Below are positions 47,671-58,200 of a stretch of DNA of 64,000 nt, piece by piece (position 1 is the first letter of the stretch; each line of letters begins with the position of its first letter). The stretch lies in contig JAHBAT020000015.1 of the NCBI GenBank assembly GCA_018499985.2, positions 17,059 to 81,058 of the forward strand. Reading direction: 5' to 3'. Below the pieces are notes generated by a model. That model saw nothing but the letters and a program-made list of their open reading frames with translations. It ran no database searches and was not told where the DNA came from. This DNA comes from Candidatus Moraniibacteriota bacterium. Its GTDB lineage: Bacteria > Patescibacteriota > Minisyncoccia > Moranbacterales > UBA1568. Position numbers and translations under genes: made by a program.

Positions 47671-48678
47671 ATGGCAAAGAAAACAGAGAAAAGAAAAAAG
47701 CAGACAGTCTTAGTAACTGGAGGCGCTGGCTTCATAGGAAGCGCTACAACGAAGGCTTTGATTGATAGGGGAGATAGAGTGGTTATTATTGATAACTTCA
47801 ATGATTACTATGACCCTACGATTAAAGAAGACCGTATCAAGGTACTTCTCAAGGGATACAAGAAATCAGCAAAACTTCCCAATGGTTATACAATCTACCG
47901 CGGCGATATCCGTGATGCAAAACTTTTAGAGAAGATTTTTAAGAAAGAAAAGATTGATAAGGTAGTGCACTTAGCCGCCATGGCTGGTGTGCGTAACTCA
48001 CTTCGTGACCCAGGTCTCTATGTCGATGTCAATATCGTAGCCACTACTTTGCTTCTTGATATGGCGGTGAAGTACAAGATCAAGAATTTTGTGTATGCTT
48101 CCTCTTCTTCTGTTTATGGTAATAACACCAAGCTCCCATTTTCTGAGAGCGACCCAGTTGATACGCCTATTTCACCGTATGCCGCTACCAAGAAAGCGAC
48201 AGAGCTTATCGCACATGTGTACAGTCATATCTACAAACTACCGACTACAGGCCTCCGCTTCTTTACGGTCTATGGTCCATGGGGACGACCAGATATGGCA
48301 CTCTTTTTGTTTACCAGGAGTATCCTTTCGGGTGAGCCTATTTCAGTATTCAATCGTGGCAAGATGAGTCGCAATTTCACTTATGTCGATGATATTGTGG
48401 CAGGTATTCTCACTACTCTTGATGCCAATCTTCCGTACGATGTAGTCAATATTGGAGGAGACCGTGAGGAGACCCTTCTTCGCTTCATCGAAGTGATTGA
48501 AGAAAATCTTGGCAAAAAAGCTAAACGTAAATTGATGCCTATTCAACCAGGAGATGTCCCAAGTACTGTGGCTGATATAGCAAAGCTCCGTAAGCTTGGC
48601 TGGGCACCTACCACACAAATTGAGCGCGGTATAGAACAGTTTGTTAATTGGTATAAGATGTATTATCAAATAGACTAA
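47671..48678 (+). CDS. NAD-dependent epimerase (UDP-glucuronate 4-epimerase-like)
   Basis: VTGGAGFIG, DNFNDYYD, HLAAMAGVR, ASSSSVYG, YAATKK, RFFTVYGPWGRPDMA. Confidence 0.93.
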   Translation: MAKKTEKRKKQTVLVTGGAGFIGSATTKALIDRGDRVVIIDNFNDYYDPTIKEDRIKVLLKGYKKSAKLPNGYTIYRGDIRDAKLLEKIFKKEKIDKVVHLAAMAGVRNSLRDPGLYVDVNIVATTLLLDMAVKYKIKNFVYASSSSVYGNNTKLPFSESDPVDTPISPYAATKKATELIAHVYSHIYKLPTTGLRFFTVYGPWGRPDMALFLFTRSILSGEPISVFNRGKMSRNFTYVDDIVAGILTTLDANLPYDVVNIGGDREETLLRFIEVIEENLGKKAKRKLMPIQPGDVPSTVADIAKLRKLGWAPTTQIERGIEQFVNWYKMYYQID

Positions 48679-48686
48679 TTTTGTTT

Positions 48687-48716
48687 GCCCCGTTAGAAAA
48701 TTATTTCTAACGGGGT
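48687..48716. repeat. Palindromic intergenic repeat (CCCCGTTAG family)
   Basis: GCCCCGTTAGAAA-atta-TTTCTAACGGGGT; half copies at 24537-24549 and 2449-2458. Confidence 0.7.
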
Positions 48717-48754
48717 GAAATTGGTACAGAGACTATTTTGAAGTGTAATAAAAT

Positions 48755-49477
48755 ATGGCACTCTTAGAGATCAAAAATCTAACCAAGACCTATGAGAGCG
48801 ATGGAGTGCGTACGGAGGCCCTCAAAGAGGCAAGTTTTACGGTAGAGCCAGGGGAATTTGTCGCTATTATGGGGCCATCAGGATCTGGTAAGTCTACCTT
48901 GATGCAAATTCTTGGCTTGCTTGACCGTGCCACCAGCGGACAGTATGTCTTGGCTGGTGAGGATGTGACCACTCTTACTGATGATGAGCTTGCTCTTCTT
49001 CGTAATGAGCGTATCGGCTTTGTCTTCCAATCATTCAACCTGCTCCCACGTACAAGTGTTTTTGAAAACGTGGAGTTGCCACTCTTGTATGCAAGTAAGC
49101 TTCCGGCCGACGCCAGGGCTCGAGTAGACGCAGCACTCTTGGCTGTGAGCATGGACCATCGAGCAGAGTATTTTTCTAACCAGCTCTCTGGAGGAGAGAA
49201 ACAGCGTGTAGCTATTGCAAGGGCTTTGGTCAATAATCCAGATATTATTTTTGCTGATGAGCCAACGGGTAACCTGGACTCCAAGTCCGGCCTTCAGGTA
49301 ATGAAGATTCTCCAGAGACTTAACAATGAAGGTAAGACAATTATCCTTGTGACTCATGAGACTGCGACAGCGGAGCATGCCTCACGTATCCTTCGTATGC
49401 TTGATGGTACGCTTGTCAGTGATGAAAAAGTAGTAGCCAGAAGAAATGCTCTTGATGCCACTGATTTGATTAAATAA
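48755..49477 (+). CDS. ABC transporter ATP-binding protein (MacB/LolD type)
   Basis: [45 protein letters not shown]. Confidence 0.96.
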   Translation: MALLEIKNLTKTYESDGVRTEALKEASFTVEPGEFVAIMGPSGSGKSTLMQILGLLDRATSGQYVLAGEDVTTLTDDELALLRNERIGFVFQSFNLLPRTSVFENVELPLLYASKLPADARARVDAALLAVSMDHRAEYFSNQLSGGEKQRVAIARALVNNPDIIFADEPTGNLDSKSGLQVMKILQRLNNEGKTIILVTHETATAEHASRILRMLDGTLVSDEKVVARRNALDATDLIK

Positions 49478-49548
49478 TTTACCCCGTGAAATCTCGTGAA
49501 GCGAGTGCTCCCATGGAGCTATTCTACTGGGGAGAACTGATTTACAAA

Positions 49549-50790
49549 ATGAAAATTACTGGTCCTCTTCGTATTGCATATAACTCTTTACTTACCGCCA
49601 AGCTTCGGTTTTTTTTGACAGTACTGGGTATTATTATCGGTGTGGCAGCTGTCATTATGGTAATGGGTATTGGAGCGAGTGCTCAGGGCTTGGTGTTGTC
49701 GCAGGTCAAAAAAGTAGGGTCTGATTTGATAGCTGTTTTACCTGGTGCTTCGGAAGAAAGTGGTCCGCCAGCTTCGGCTTTTGGTATTGTGACAACGACT
49801 TTTACCTACAGTGATTTAGAAAAGATGCGCGAGAGACGCTATGCGCCGCATCTAGAAGTGGTGTCTGGATACGTATCTGGAAGCGCTACCCTAGAGTCTA
49901 AGCGTGAGAGCTATGAGGTGAGTTATCAGGGTGTTTCGCCAGACATGATAGCGGTAGAGAGTCTTGATTTGGAAGTAGGAAGGTTTTTTTTGGCTGAAGA
50001 AGAAACAGATCTTTCTCGAGTGATTGTGCTTGGTGCTACGCGAGCCAAAGAATTTTTCCCCAATGGTGACGCTGTAGGTCAGACTATGAAGCTCAATGAC
50101 TTGCCTTTTCAGGTAGTGGGCGTTTTGTCAGAAAGAGGCTCAACAGCTTTTTCTAATCCAGATACATTGGTATACGTACCTCTCATGACAGCGCAGAAGT
50201 TACTCCTTGGCATCAATTATCTCAATTTTGCTCGTGCCAAGGTAGACGATGTAGCCAATATCGAGCGTAGCCGTGCAGACGTGACAGCGCTTCTCCGTCA
50301 GGAGCATGACCTTGAGGATGGTGAAGAGGATGATTTTTCAGTTCGAAGTACAGCGGCGGCTTTGGGGATTTTGACTTCTATTACTAATATCCTGAAATAT
50401 TTTCTTATTGCTATTGCTTCGCTTTCACTCTTAGTGGGAGGTGTAGGTATTATGAACTCCATGTTGATCTCAGTTTCTCAGCGAGTGCGCGAGATAGGTC
50501 TTCGCAAGGCTGTGGGAGCAAGGCCGCATCACATCATTACACAATTTTTGATTGAGTCAGTATTTATCACGCTTTGTGGCGGTATACTCGGGATTATTTT
50601 TGGAGTGGGACTGACATATGTCGCGAGTATTATTATTGTGAAGCTTGGTTATGAGTGGGAATTCATGGTGCCACTTGTCTCGCTTGCCTTGGGATTAGGA
50701 GTGTCATTTGTCATTGGGCTCGTCTTCGGAGTATATCCAGCTCTTAAGGCCTCAAGAGTAAGTGCTATGGAAGCTTTAAGGAACGAATAA
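49549..50790 (+). CDS. MacB-like ABC permease
   Basis: LTVLGIIIGVAAV, VGGVGIMNSML, RVREIGLRKAVGA, YPA..AS....EALR.E; start set at ATG 49549. Confidence 0.93.
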   Translation: MKITGPLRIAYNSLLTAKLRFFLTVLGIIIGVAAVIMVMGIGASAQGLVLSQVKKVGSDLIAVLPGASEESGPPASAFGIVTTTFTYSDLEKMRERRYAPHLEVVSGYVSGSATLESKRESYEVSYQGVSPDMIAVESLDLEVGRFFLAEEETDLSRVIVLGATRAKEFFPNGDAVGQTMKLNDLPFQVVGVLSERGSTAFSNPDTLVYVPLMTAQKLLLGINYLNFARAKVDDVANIERSRADVTALLRQEHDLEDGEEDDFSVRSTAAALGILTSITNILKYFLIAIASLSLLVGGVGIMNSMLISVSQRVREIGLRKAVGARPHHIITQFLIESVFITLCGGILGIIFGVGLTYVASIIIVKLGYEWEFMVPLVSLALGLGVSFVIGLVFGVYPALKASRVSAMEALRNE

Positions 50791-50794
50791 CAGT

Positions 50795-52048
50795 ATGAAA
50801 AGAATTTTTCTAGCACTTCGCTTTGCTCTCCATACGATTGTGTCACATAAGGTCCGCACGGTCTTGGCCCTTTTGGGTGTGGTCATTGGAGTTTTTTCGG
50901 TAGTAGTGGTGATGACGCTCGGTGAAGGAGTGAAGAGTTTCGTGTTGGGACAAGTAGAATCATTTGGTGGCAATGTGATACAGGTAGAAGTAAAAGTCCC
51001 AAGCACAGGAGCTATGTCGTCGGACAATGCTTCTTCGCGGGGACAGGGGACGCAAATTACGACACTTATTGTAGATGATAAAGATGCTATCAAGAAGCTT
51101 CCCAATATCACTTCTGCGTATGCAGGCACTATTGGTCAGGAGCGAGCAACATACGGATCTGTAGGCAAGCGTATTCTTTTGTTTGGCGCCAGTCATGAGG
51201 TTCCCTTGGTTGATGAAAAAATTGTAGTAGAAGAAGGGAGATTTTATACCGAAGATGAGGCTAGCAATGGAGCACGAGTAGTAGTGCTTGGTGCAGGGGT
51301 AAAAGAAACTTTTTTTGGTACCGGAGATGCTATTGGAGAGAGTATCACTATGCGGGGAGAGAAATATCGTGTAGTCGGAGTCCTTGAAGGTCGAGGATCG
51401 GCTGGTTTTTTTGATTTGGATAGCCTAGCATATGTCCCTGTAGAGACGCTTCAGAAAAAGATACTCGGAGTGGATTATGTGCAAATGATTTCTGTGCAGG
51501 TAAAAGATATATCAGAAGAAGAGCAAACAGTGGCAGATATTGTGGGACTGCTCCGTAAGCGTCATGATATTACCAATCCAGATAAGGATGATTTTTCAGT
51601 CACTTCTACCAAGCAGGTCCAAGAAACACTCAATGATGTTTTGGGATCGCTCACTATCCTTCTCTTAGCTTTGACGTCGATTACACTTGTGGTGGGTGGA
51701 GTGGGTATTATGAATGTGATGTATGTATCTGTGGCAGAGCGTACGAGTGAAATAGGTCTCCGCAAGGCTTTGGGAGCGACATCACAAATGGTACTCACGC
51801 AGTTTCTTTTGGAGGCGCTCATCATCACCTTGTTTGGCGGTATAGTAGGTATTATTTTGGGTGTAGGTGCAACCCTTGCTCTGGGAGTAGTATTCAAAGC
51901 ACTTGGGTTTGCATTTAGTTTAGCTTTTTCTTGGAAGTCGCTTCTTCTTGGGGCCGGGTTCTCTCTTTTGGTAGGGGTAGTCTTTGGTTTGGCTCCGGCG
52001 TATCGAGCTGCCAAGCTTTCGCCGATGGAGGCTCTCCGAAAAGAATAG
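50795..52048 (+). CDS. MacB-like ABC permease (second paralog)
   Basis: LALLGVVIGV, VGGVGIMNVM, ERTSEIGLRKALGA, PA..AA.LSPMEALRKE. Confidence 0.94.
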   Translation: MKRIFLALRFALHTIVSHKVRTVLALLGVVIGVFSVVVVMTLGEGVKSFVLGQVESFGGNVIQVEVKVPSTGAMSSDNASSRGQGTQITTLIVDDKDAIKKLPNITSAYAGTIGQERATYGSVGKRILLFGASHEVPLVDEKIVVEEGRFYTEDEASNGARVVVLGAGVKETFFGTGDAIGESITMRGEKYRVVGVLEGRGSAGFFDLDSLAYVPVETLQKKILGVDYVQMISVQVKDISEEEQTVADIVGLLRKRHDITNPDKDDFSVTSTKQVQETLNDVLGSLTILLLALTSITLVVGGVGIMNVMYVSVAERTSEIGLRKALGATSQMVLTQFLLEALIITLFGGIVGIILGVGATLALGVVFKALGFAFSLAFSWKSLLLGAGFSLLVGVVFGLAPAYRAAKLSPMEALRKE

Positions 52049-52150
52049 TAAGTATTTTTCTGTATTTAAAAATGGGAGAGTAAGCTTTACAGAAAGAGTA
52101 AACTGTGCTATAACAGTAACACCTTTAACAACAGAGAAGAGGATAACTGT

Positions 52151-52357
52151 ATGTGCGGTGGCGCAAGCAAGGTCATGATTCGTACCCTCAATTTGCCGAG
52201 CGATGTGGAGAGTCGTCTGCTTTCCAATGGTCTCGGGACCGCTCAAGCCCTTATCGATGAGGGCAAGGCAGGACTTGAAGCCTTGGGGATTTCCCCGGAT
52301 GATATCCTTGGGATTAGCGAGGCTGTGAACAAGGAAACTGGGATGGCCATCGACTGA
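52151..52357 (+). CDS. Small orphan protein resembling RNAP alpha-CTD/HhH fold
   Basis: IRTLNLPSDVESRLLSNGLGTAQALI...GISPDDILGISEAV; GAGGA RBS; TTTACA-17-TATAAC promoter. Confidence 0.6.
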   Translation: MCGGASKVMIRTLNLPSDVESRLLSNGLGTAQALIDEGKAGLEALGISPDDILGISEAVNKETGMAID

Positions 52358-52375
52358 CGAGAGGGGTAATTCTTT

Positions 52376-52564
52376 ATGTCTAGCAATAGGCCGATTCACG
52401 AAATTGTGGATCATGAAGATTTGCCCAGCGTCCTTCATGGCATGGGCATTCGTTTCGAAGAAGACCTGAGAGAAGCTCTTCAGCACAATTCCCTCTCCGG
52501 GAGAATTGCTGAAAGTGACATCGCTCGCTTGCGAGAGATTGTCAGTCCGCGAAGCTTTGGTTAA
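52376..52564 (+). CDS. Small orphan protein (possible distant paralog of upstream ORF)
   Basis: GAGGGGT RBS; PIHEI...LHGMGIRFEEDL...IAESDIARLREIV. Confidence 0.6.
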   Translation: MSSNRPIHEIVDHEDLPSVLHGMGIRFEEDLREALQHNSLSGRIAESDIARLREIVSPRSFG

Positions 52565-52585
52565 GACAAGAGGGGATGAATTGAA

Positions 52586-52732
52586 ATGGGTAAAAGTTGT
52601 CGAAGAACTCCGTCGCAGGATGAACTTCTGGCTATCGAAAAAGCCAAGATTCCTCTGCGGGAAAACTCAACTGCTCGGGATCGGCGAAAAGCTCTCCGGA
52701 TTTTGAAAACACTGGAGGCGCCGTTCACGTAG
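52586..52732 (+). CDS. Small basic orphan protein (48 aa; below ORF-track cutoff)
   Basis: MGKSCRRTPSQDELLAIEKAKIPLRENSTARDRRKALRILKTLEAPFT*; GAGGGG RBS; followed by terminator. Confidence 0.5.
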   Translation: MGKSCRRTPSQDELLAIEKAKIPLRENSTARDRRKALRILKTLEAPFT

Positions 52733-52756
52733 GTAGGGGGTGGTATGAGAAAGATT

Positions 52757-52795
52757 GAGGCACCGGTGCGCAGCGCGCGCCGGGAGCCTTTTTTT
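52757..52795 (+). terminator. Terminator closing the three-ORF unit
   Basis: AGGC-a-CCGGTGCGC-agc-GCGCGCCGG-ga-GCCT followed by a T tract. Confidence 0.75.
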
Positions 52796-52830
52796 ATATC
52801 TAAGACAGTGCTATCCTACACTATATTCAT

Positions 52831-53352
52831 GTGCAAAATTTTATGAAGTTACCTGTTTTTAAACCGTTGTATTTTTTGTTGAAAATGTGTGGTCTGCCGG
52901 TGGAGTGGGAAGTCTCTGTAGGGAGTGCTATCTACCGTGAGGTACCAGAAGGGCGCTTGTATCTTTTGCTTCAGTATCCGAGTGGGCACTATGATTTCGC
53001 CAAAGGTCATGTAGAGTCTGGTGAAACAGAAGAGCAAACCCTGAGGCGTGAAACGGAAGAAGAAACGGGAATCAATGATCTGACAATACTCACATCACGC
53101 GTCAGTATTCGTTATTACTATGTTGCCAAAGGCAACGAAAAAATCCGTCGCGAAGAAGAAGGACGAGGCATCTATATTTTTAAGCAGGTACATTTTTATC
53201 CAGCTGAGACCAAGACGGCAGAAGTAAAGCTTTCGCATGAGCATATAGGCTATACGTGGCTGCCATTTGAGGAAGCAGTCAAGAAGGTGACCTTTGAAAA
53301 TGCTCGACGCGTGATCCGCCTTGCCGAAGAAGAGGCTTTGGAGAAGAAATAA
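52831..53352 (+). CDS. NUDIX hydrolase (Ap4A hydrolase-like); exact start uncertain
   Basis: YLLLQY, Nudix box KGHVESGETEEQTLRRETEEETG, LSHEH..Y.W. Confidence 0.9.
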   Translation: MQNFMKLPVFKPLYFLLKMCGLPVEWEVSVGSAIYREVPEGRLYLLLQYPSGHYDFAKGHVESGETEEQTLRRETEEETGINDLTILTSRVSIRYYYVAKGNEKIRREEEGRGIYIFKQVHFYPAETKTAEVKLSHEHIGYTWLPFEEAVKKVTFENARRVIRLAEEEALEKK

Positions 53353-53530
53353 CGACAGGTCCCTCGCCTCGTACCATAGAGGAAAAAGTATCAGAAGAAA
53401 ACTATACATAAGCCGCTAGGCGGCAGAAAAATAGTAAAGCAAGAAAGAAGAACCTCTGATAATGGTTCAGGGTTGATTCTTTTGGTATTTTCTGGCATAC
53501 TAGTCATTCAACTAAAAAAGTCCAGAGAAA

Positions 53531-55174
53531 ATGCTTACCGTCAAAAATATTCGCAAAATGGTGGGAGGACAGAGGGTCTTAAATAAGGCTTCTTTTTCGC
53601 TTGGAGAAGGACAAAAAGCAGCTCTAGTGGGTCTTAATGGTGTCGGTAAATCTACCCTTCTGCGGATTGTTTCTGGTATCGAGTCAGCCGATCAGGGCTC
53701 TATCACAAAGCCAAATCGTGTTCTTATGGGATATCTTCCACAGGAAGCGGTAGCAGAAGAGGATCTGACTATCGAAGAGTATCTGCGTCATATGGCGGGT
53801 CTTGCTCAGATTGAAGAGGAGTTAGACATACTCAAGATACGCCTAGATGAACCAGAGGCGCAGGAAGAGTATGATGTGCTTATGACTGAGTTTGAGCGTC
53901 TAGGTGGTTATGAGTTTGAGCGTCGTATGCAACGTGTCATCACAGGTCTTCGTATCAAAGAGATTGATAAAACGCGCTCTATCCTGACCTTGTCTGGTGG
54001 TGAGCGTCGCAAGATAGCTTTGGCTGGAGTATTGCTTCGTGGTGTGGATATGCTCCTTCTCGATGAGCCGACCAATAATCTGGATATGCCAGCGCTTCTT
54101 TTTTTGGAAAACTGGCTCAAACAAAATAAGAAAACTACTTGCCTTATCGCTTCACATGACCGTCGTTTCTTGGATGCAGTAGTGACCAAGGTGATAGAGA
54201 TTGACTGGTATCGTCGAGATACACAAATCTTTACTGGTAACTGGAGTCAGTTTGAAGAGGTCAAAGAGCATGCACGACGTAGTCACAATGAGCAGTATCG
54301 TCTCCAAGAAGAAGAGCGCGCTCGTCTGACAGAATCCAAAGCACAGAAGATTGATTGGGTGACTCGTGTTTGGGATAAGAAAAAGCGCGACCACGACAAG
54401 ATGGTGGATCATTTCAAAAAAGAACGTGCTGCCAAAAAATTCTCTGCCTCAGCTAGAGCGCTTGAGGGACGAGAAAAGCGCATGACTAAAATAGAGAAGC
54501 TTGTTGAGCGTGAGCCGCTTGAACTCGATTTCTACGAGCCAGAAGAAGTACTTGCAAAGATGTTTGCAGTAGACCTTAATCAGGTGACTGTCGGTTATCT
54601 TGGGGCATTTAGTGTGGGGCCCATAGATTGGCATATAAGCTATGGAGAAAAAATTGCCCTGCTTGGTGATAACGGTGCCGGAAAGACCACACTTCTCCGA
54701 GCAGTGACAGGAGATTTGGCTCCGCTTTCTGGCGAAGTCGCTATCGGCGAAGAGGTTAAAATCGGGTACCTTATTCAGGAGCATGATTTATTACTACAAA
54801 ATGAAAACTTGAAGTTAGAGGAATATTTGAAGTCACGCCTGCCGCATGAGCTTCATGAGAGAATACCGACACTGATTGGTATTTACCAGCTTTCGCCACT
54901 TTTCTTGTCACAGAAGATGAAGCATCTCTCTCCTGGAGAACGTATGCGAGTCCTTCTGCTTATTCTTGTAGAACAAAAAGCCAATTTTCTTCTCCTTGAT
55001 GAACCTACCAATCACTTAGACCTAGAGTCTATCCAGGCTTTCGAAGAAGCGGTCAACGCTTTTCCTGGTACGGTGATAGTAGTTACTCACGATCGTATGT
55101 TTCTCGAAGCCATAGACCTGACCCAGGTAGCAGTGCTCCGAGATGGCCAGCTTGAAATAGAGATGAAGACTTAA
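53531..55174 (+). CDS. ABC-F family ribosome-associated ATPase
   Basis: Two NBDs (GLNGVGKST/LSGGE/LDEPTNNLD; GDNGAGKTT/LSPGE/LDEPTNHLD), charged linker, no TM. Confidence 0.93.
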   Translation: MLTVKNIRKMVGGQRVLNKASFSLGEGQKAALVGLNGVGKSTLLRIVSGIESADQGSITKPNRVLMGYLPQEAVAEEDLTIEEYLRHMAGLAQIEEELDILKIRLDEPEAQEEYDVLMTEFERLGGYEFERRMQRVITGLRIKEIDKTRSILTLSGGERRKIALAGVLLRGVDMLLLDEPTNNLDMPALLFLENWLKQNKKTTCLIASHDRRFLDAVVTKVIEIDWYRRDTQIFTGNWSQFEEVKEHARRSHNEQYRLQEEERARLTESKAQKIDWVTRVWDKKKRDHDKMVDHFKKERAAKKFSASARALEGREKRMTKIEKLVEREPLELDFYEPEEVLAKMFAVDLNQVTVGYLGAFSVGPIDWHISYGEKIALLGDNGAGKTTLLRAVTGDLAPLSGEVAIGEEVKIGYLIQEHDLLLQNENLKLEEYLKSRLPHELHERIPTLIGIYQLSPLFLSQKMKHLSPGERMRVLLLILVEQKANFLLLDEPTNHLDLESIQAFEEAVNAFPGTVIVVTHDRMFLEAIDLTQVAVLRDGQLEIEMKT

Positions 55175-55200
55175 AGCACTGGATTTTCCAGTGTTTTTTG
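55174..55200 (+). terminator. Intrinsic terminator after ABC-F
   Basis: AAGCACTGG-attt-TCCAGTGTTTTTT. Confidence 0.7.
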
Positions 55201-55236
55201 TTTTGCGGTATACTTAGAAGAACATAAGAATAGCCT

Positions 55237-58200
55237 ATGCAATATACAAAAAACTTCACAGAGCTTGGTAAAAATGATGCTCATCTTGCTGGGGGTAAGG
55301 GAGCTTCTTTGGGTGAAATGACACAAGCTGGTATCCCGGTACCTGGTGGCTACGTAGTTCTTGCTGATACTTTTGATATTTTTCTTAAGGAAACGGATTT
55401 GGTGCAAGAAATAGACGCTATTCTCGATGGAGTCAATCATGAAGCTATTCATACAGTAGAGAAAGCTTCGGAGGATATTCAGAGCCTTATTCTTTCTCGC
55501 CCCATGCCAGAGGCAATACAAAAAGAAATTCAAGAAAAATTTCAAGCACTTGGAAGCCAGTATGTAGCAGTACGTAGTAGTGCTACTGCTGAGGATGGTG
55601 CAGATCATGCCTGGGCAGGCCAGCTTGATAGTTTTCTCAATACCACAGAGGGTGATTTGATAGAGAAGGTGAGACGGTGTTGGGCATCACTCTTTACACC
55701 ACGAGCTATCTTTTATCGTTTTGAAAAAGGTCTCCATACGACTCATATCTCGGTAGCGGTCGTAGTACAGAGTATGGTCAATAGTGAGAAGAGTGGTATT
55801 GCCTTCTCTGTTCATCCAGTGACCGAAGACTACAACCAGCTCATTATCGAAGCTGGCTTTGGACTGGGCGAGGCGATTGTCTCCGGATCAGTCACACCAG
55901 ATAGCTATGTAGTAGAGAAGTCACCACGAAACATCATAGATATCAATGTCAGCCATCAGAGTCGCGCGCTCTATCGTATTGAAGGTGGAGGAAGTGAATG
56001 GCGAGAGCTCTCAGAGTCTGTTGGTAATTCACAGGTGCTTACGGAGATAGATATTCAAGAACTTTCTGATATTATCGTTCGTATCGAGAATCACTACGGT
56101 TTTCCTTGTGATATCGAATGGGCTTATGAGAACAAGACATTTTATATTGTCCAAAGTCGCCCGATTACGACTCTGACTCCAAAAAATGAGATAAATAAAA
56201 AGGAAGACTTAATTCCACTGACCAAGGAAAATACAGTATTCACTTTTGAGTCTACGGGAACCACCTTTCTTTTTGAGGATATTGTCTCTCATCACTATAT
56301 CCAGTGGGAGTGTATTCGGGTTGCTAAGGCTGACAATGTGAGGGTCTTTGTGAAAAAAGAAGAAGTTGCCCGGATGAATGAGGAGGGAGCAAAAATGACG
56401 CGAGCTTTTTTGGAAGAGAAGGTCGCTCTTATGCAAGAGGCAAGTGACTATATGGATAAGTATACCGATGAGCTTAAGGGCAAGGAAACACTCACACGAG
56501 AAGAATTGCAAGATTTTTTTCAGCCGCTAGAAGTGATTTGTGACAACTATTCTTTTTTTGATATTCACTACTCGGATGGCATGGTAAGAGGTGGAGAGTT
56601 TTCTGAGGCAGGAGGGTATGTCCAGGAGACCAAGAATTTTTTGAGAGATGTCCTCGGAAAACCTTTTTTCCAAAAAGATGGCTGGATGAGACTTGGTCTA
56701 GAGGTGCTAGCAAAACAATTTTCTGTTCCAGAGGAAGCACTTGAGTGGTACACCAAGAAAGATATTGAAAATCTGTTTGAGGACAAAAGGGTCAGTGACG
56801 AAATCCTTGTGAGTCGCAAGCTCGCAAGTGTTCTTTATCGAGATAAAGAGGGTACTCAGCAGGTAACCATGACCGGTGAAGATGCGTTGAAAATCTTTGA
56901 GTCTTTTGAAGAAAAAGATATAGACAAAGAGAAGGTTCAGGGTGTAGTAGCTCATAAAGGGATGGGTACTATCCGAGGGAAGGTAAGATTGGTCAAAAAG
57001 GATTTTTCTGACCCAAGTTTTCTTTTGCGAGTAGCAGAGGAATTTGAAGAGGGGTCGGTACTCGTGACCGATACCACTGATCCTGACTTTCTCCCGATTA
57101 TGAAGAAGTCAGGTGCTATCGTGACTGATATCGGCGGTATGCTTTCACATGCTTCTATTACTTCGCGTGAGCTCAATAAATTGTGCGTAGTAGGAACTGT
57201 AAGCGCAACCAAAGTCTTCAAAGACGGAGACTTAGTAGAAGTAGACGCTGATAATGGGGTAGTGAGAAAAATTGAGAACAATTCTTTTAAGCCAGAAGAC
57301 TATTCTCGCATGTTTGCCGGACCATCTTTTGCCATGCTTTTCTCTGATATTTTTCTTAGGAGTACCTACGGTCAGATGGGAGTGATTTCTGTGCAAAACT
57401 CGGAGCAGTGGATGTCTTTTATTCCAAAGACTACCCAGAGCGAGACTGAAAAAATAGGAAAAACTTTATATGAAGAGGAGAATCAATACATTGATTATAG
57501 AGATTCCTTCGAACTGTACATGTCTCAAGCAGAGGGATATTTTAGAAGTGTACTAGAGAAAGAAGATAGTATCACAAAGGAATTAGCGAAAGAGTTCCTT
57601 GTTAAAGCTTCAGAACATTTTAATTATTATCAAAAAACAGAATTCTTTTATACAGATAAAATTGATACTGGAAAAATGATTCCAAGTGTCAAGGAATTTG
57701 ATGAATTAAAACTGAAGGGAAGATCTTTCTTAAATAAGCTTCTTTTTGAAGATGAAGGCTATCTCAAGAGTTTTGTAAAAAAAGTTTCTCTGCAAGCTAA
57801 TGTCGATGCCGCAAATGTGTATATGTACTCTGTTGATGAGTTTTGTGAATTACTAGAGGGTAATGTTTTGGATGAGAAAATTCTTGAAGATCGAAAAAAA
57901 GGATTTATTATTTCTGGGCGAGAGATTTTTGCTGGTGAAGGAATAGCCGAGAATATCGAGATATTATTTGCAAGTTATAAGCATGTAACGAAAGAAATTC
58001 AAGGAACAATAGCGAGTCCAGGCAGGGTAACTGGTAATGCAAGGGTACTTGTATCTGATTTCAATGATTTTGACAAAGTGGCTTTGGAAGTAGCTAAGAT
58101 GGAAGAAGGTGAAATACTGATCGCAGAAACGACCAGTCCGGAGATTATTTTGGCTTGCAAAAAAGCGGCCGCTATCGTCACAAATCAAGGTGGCATGCTT

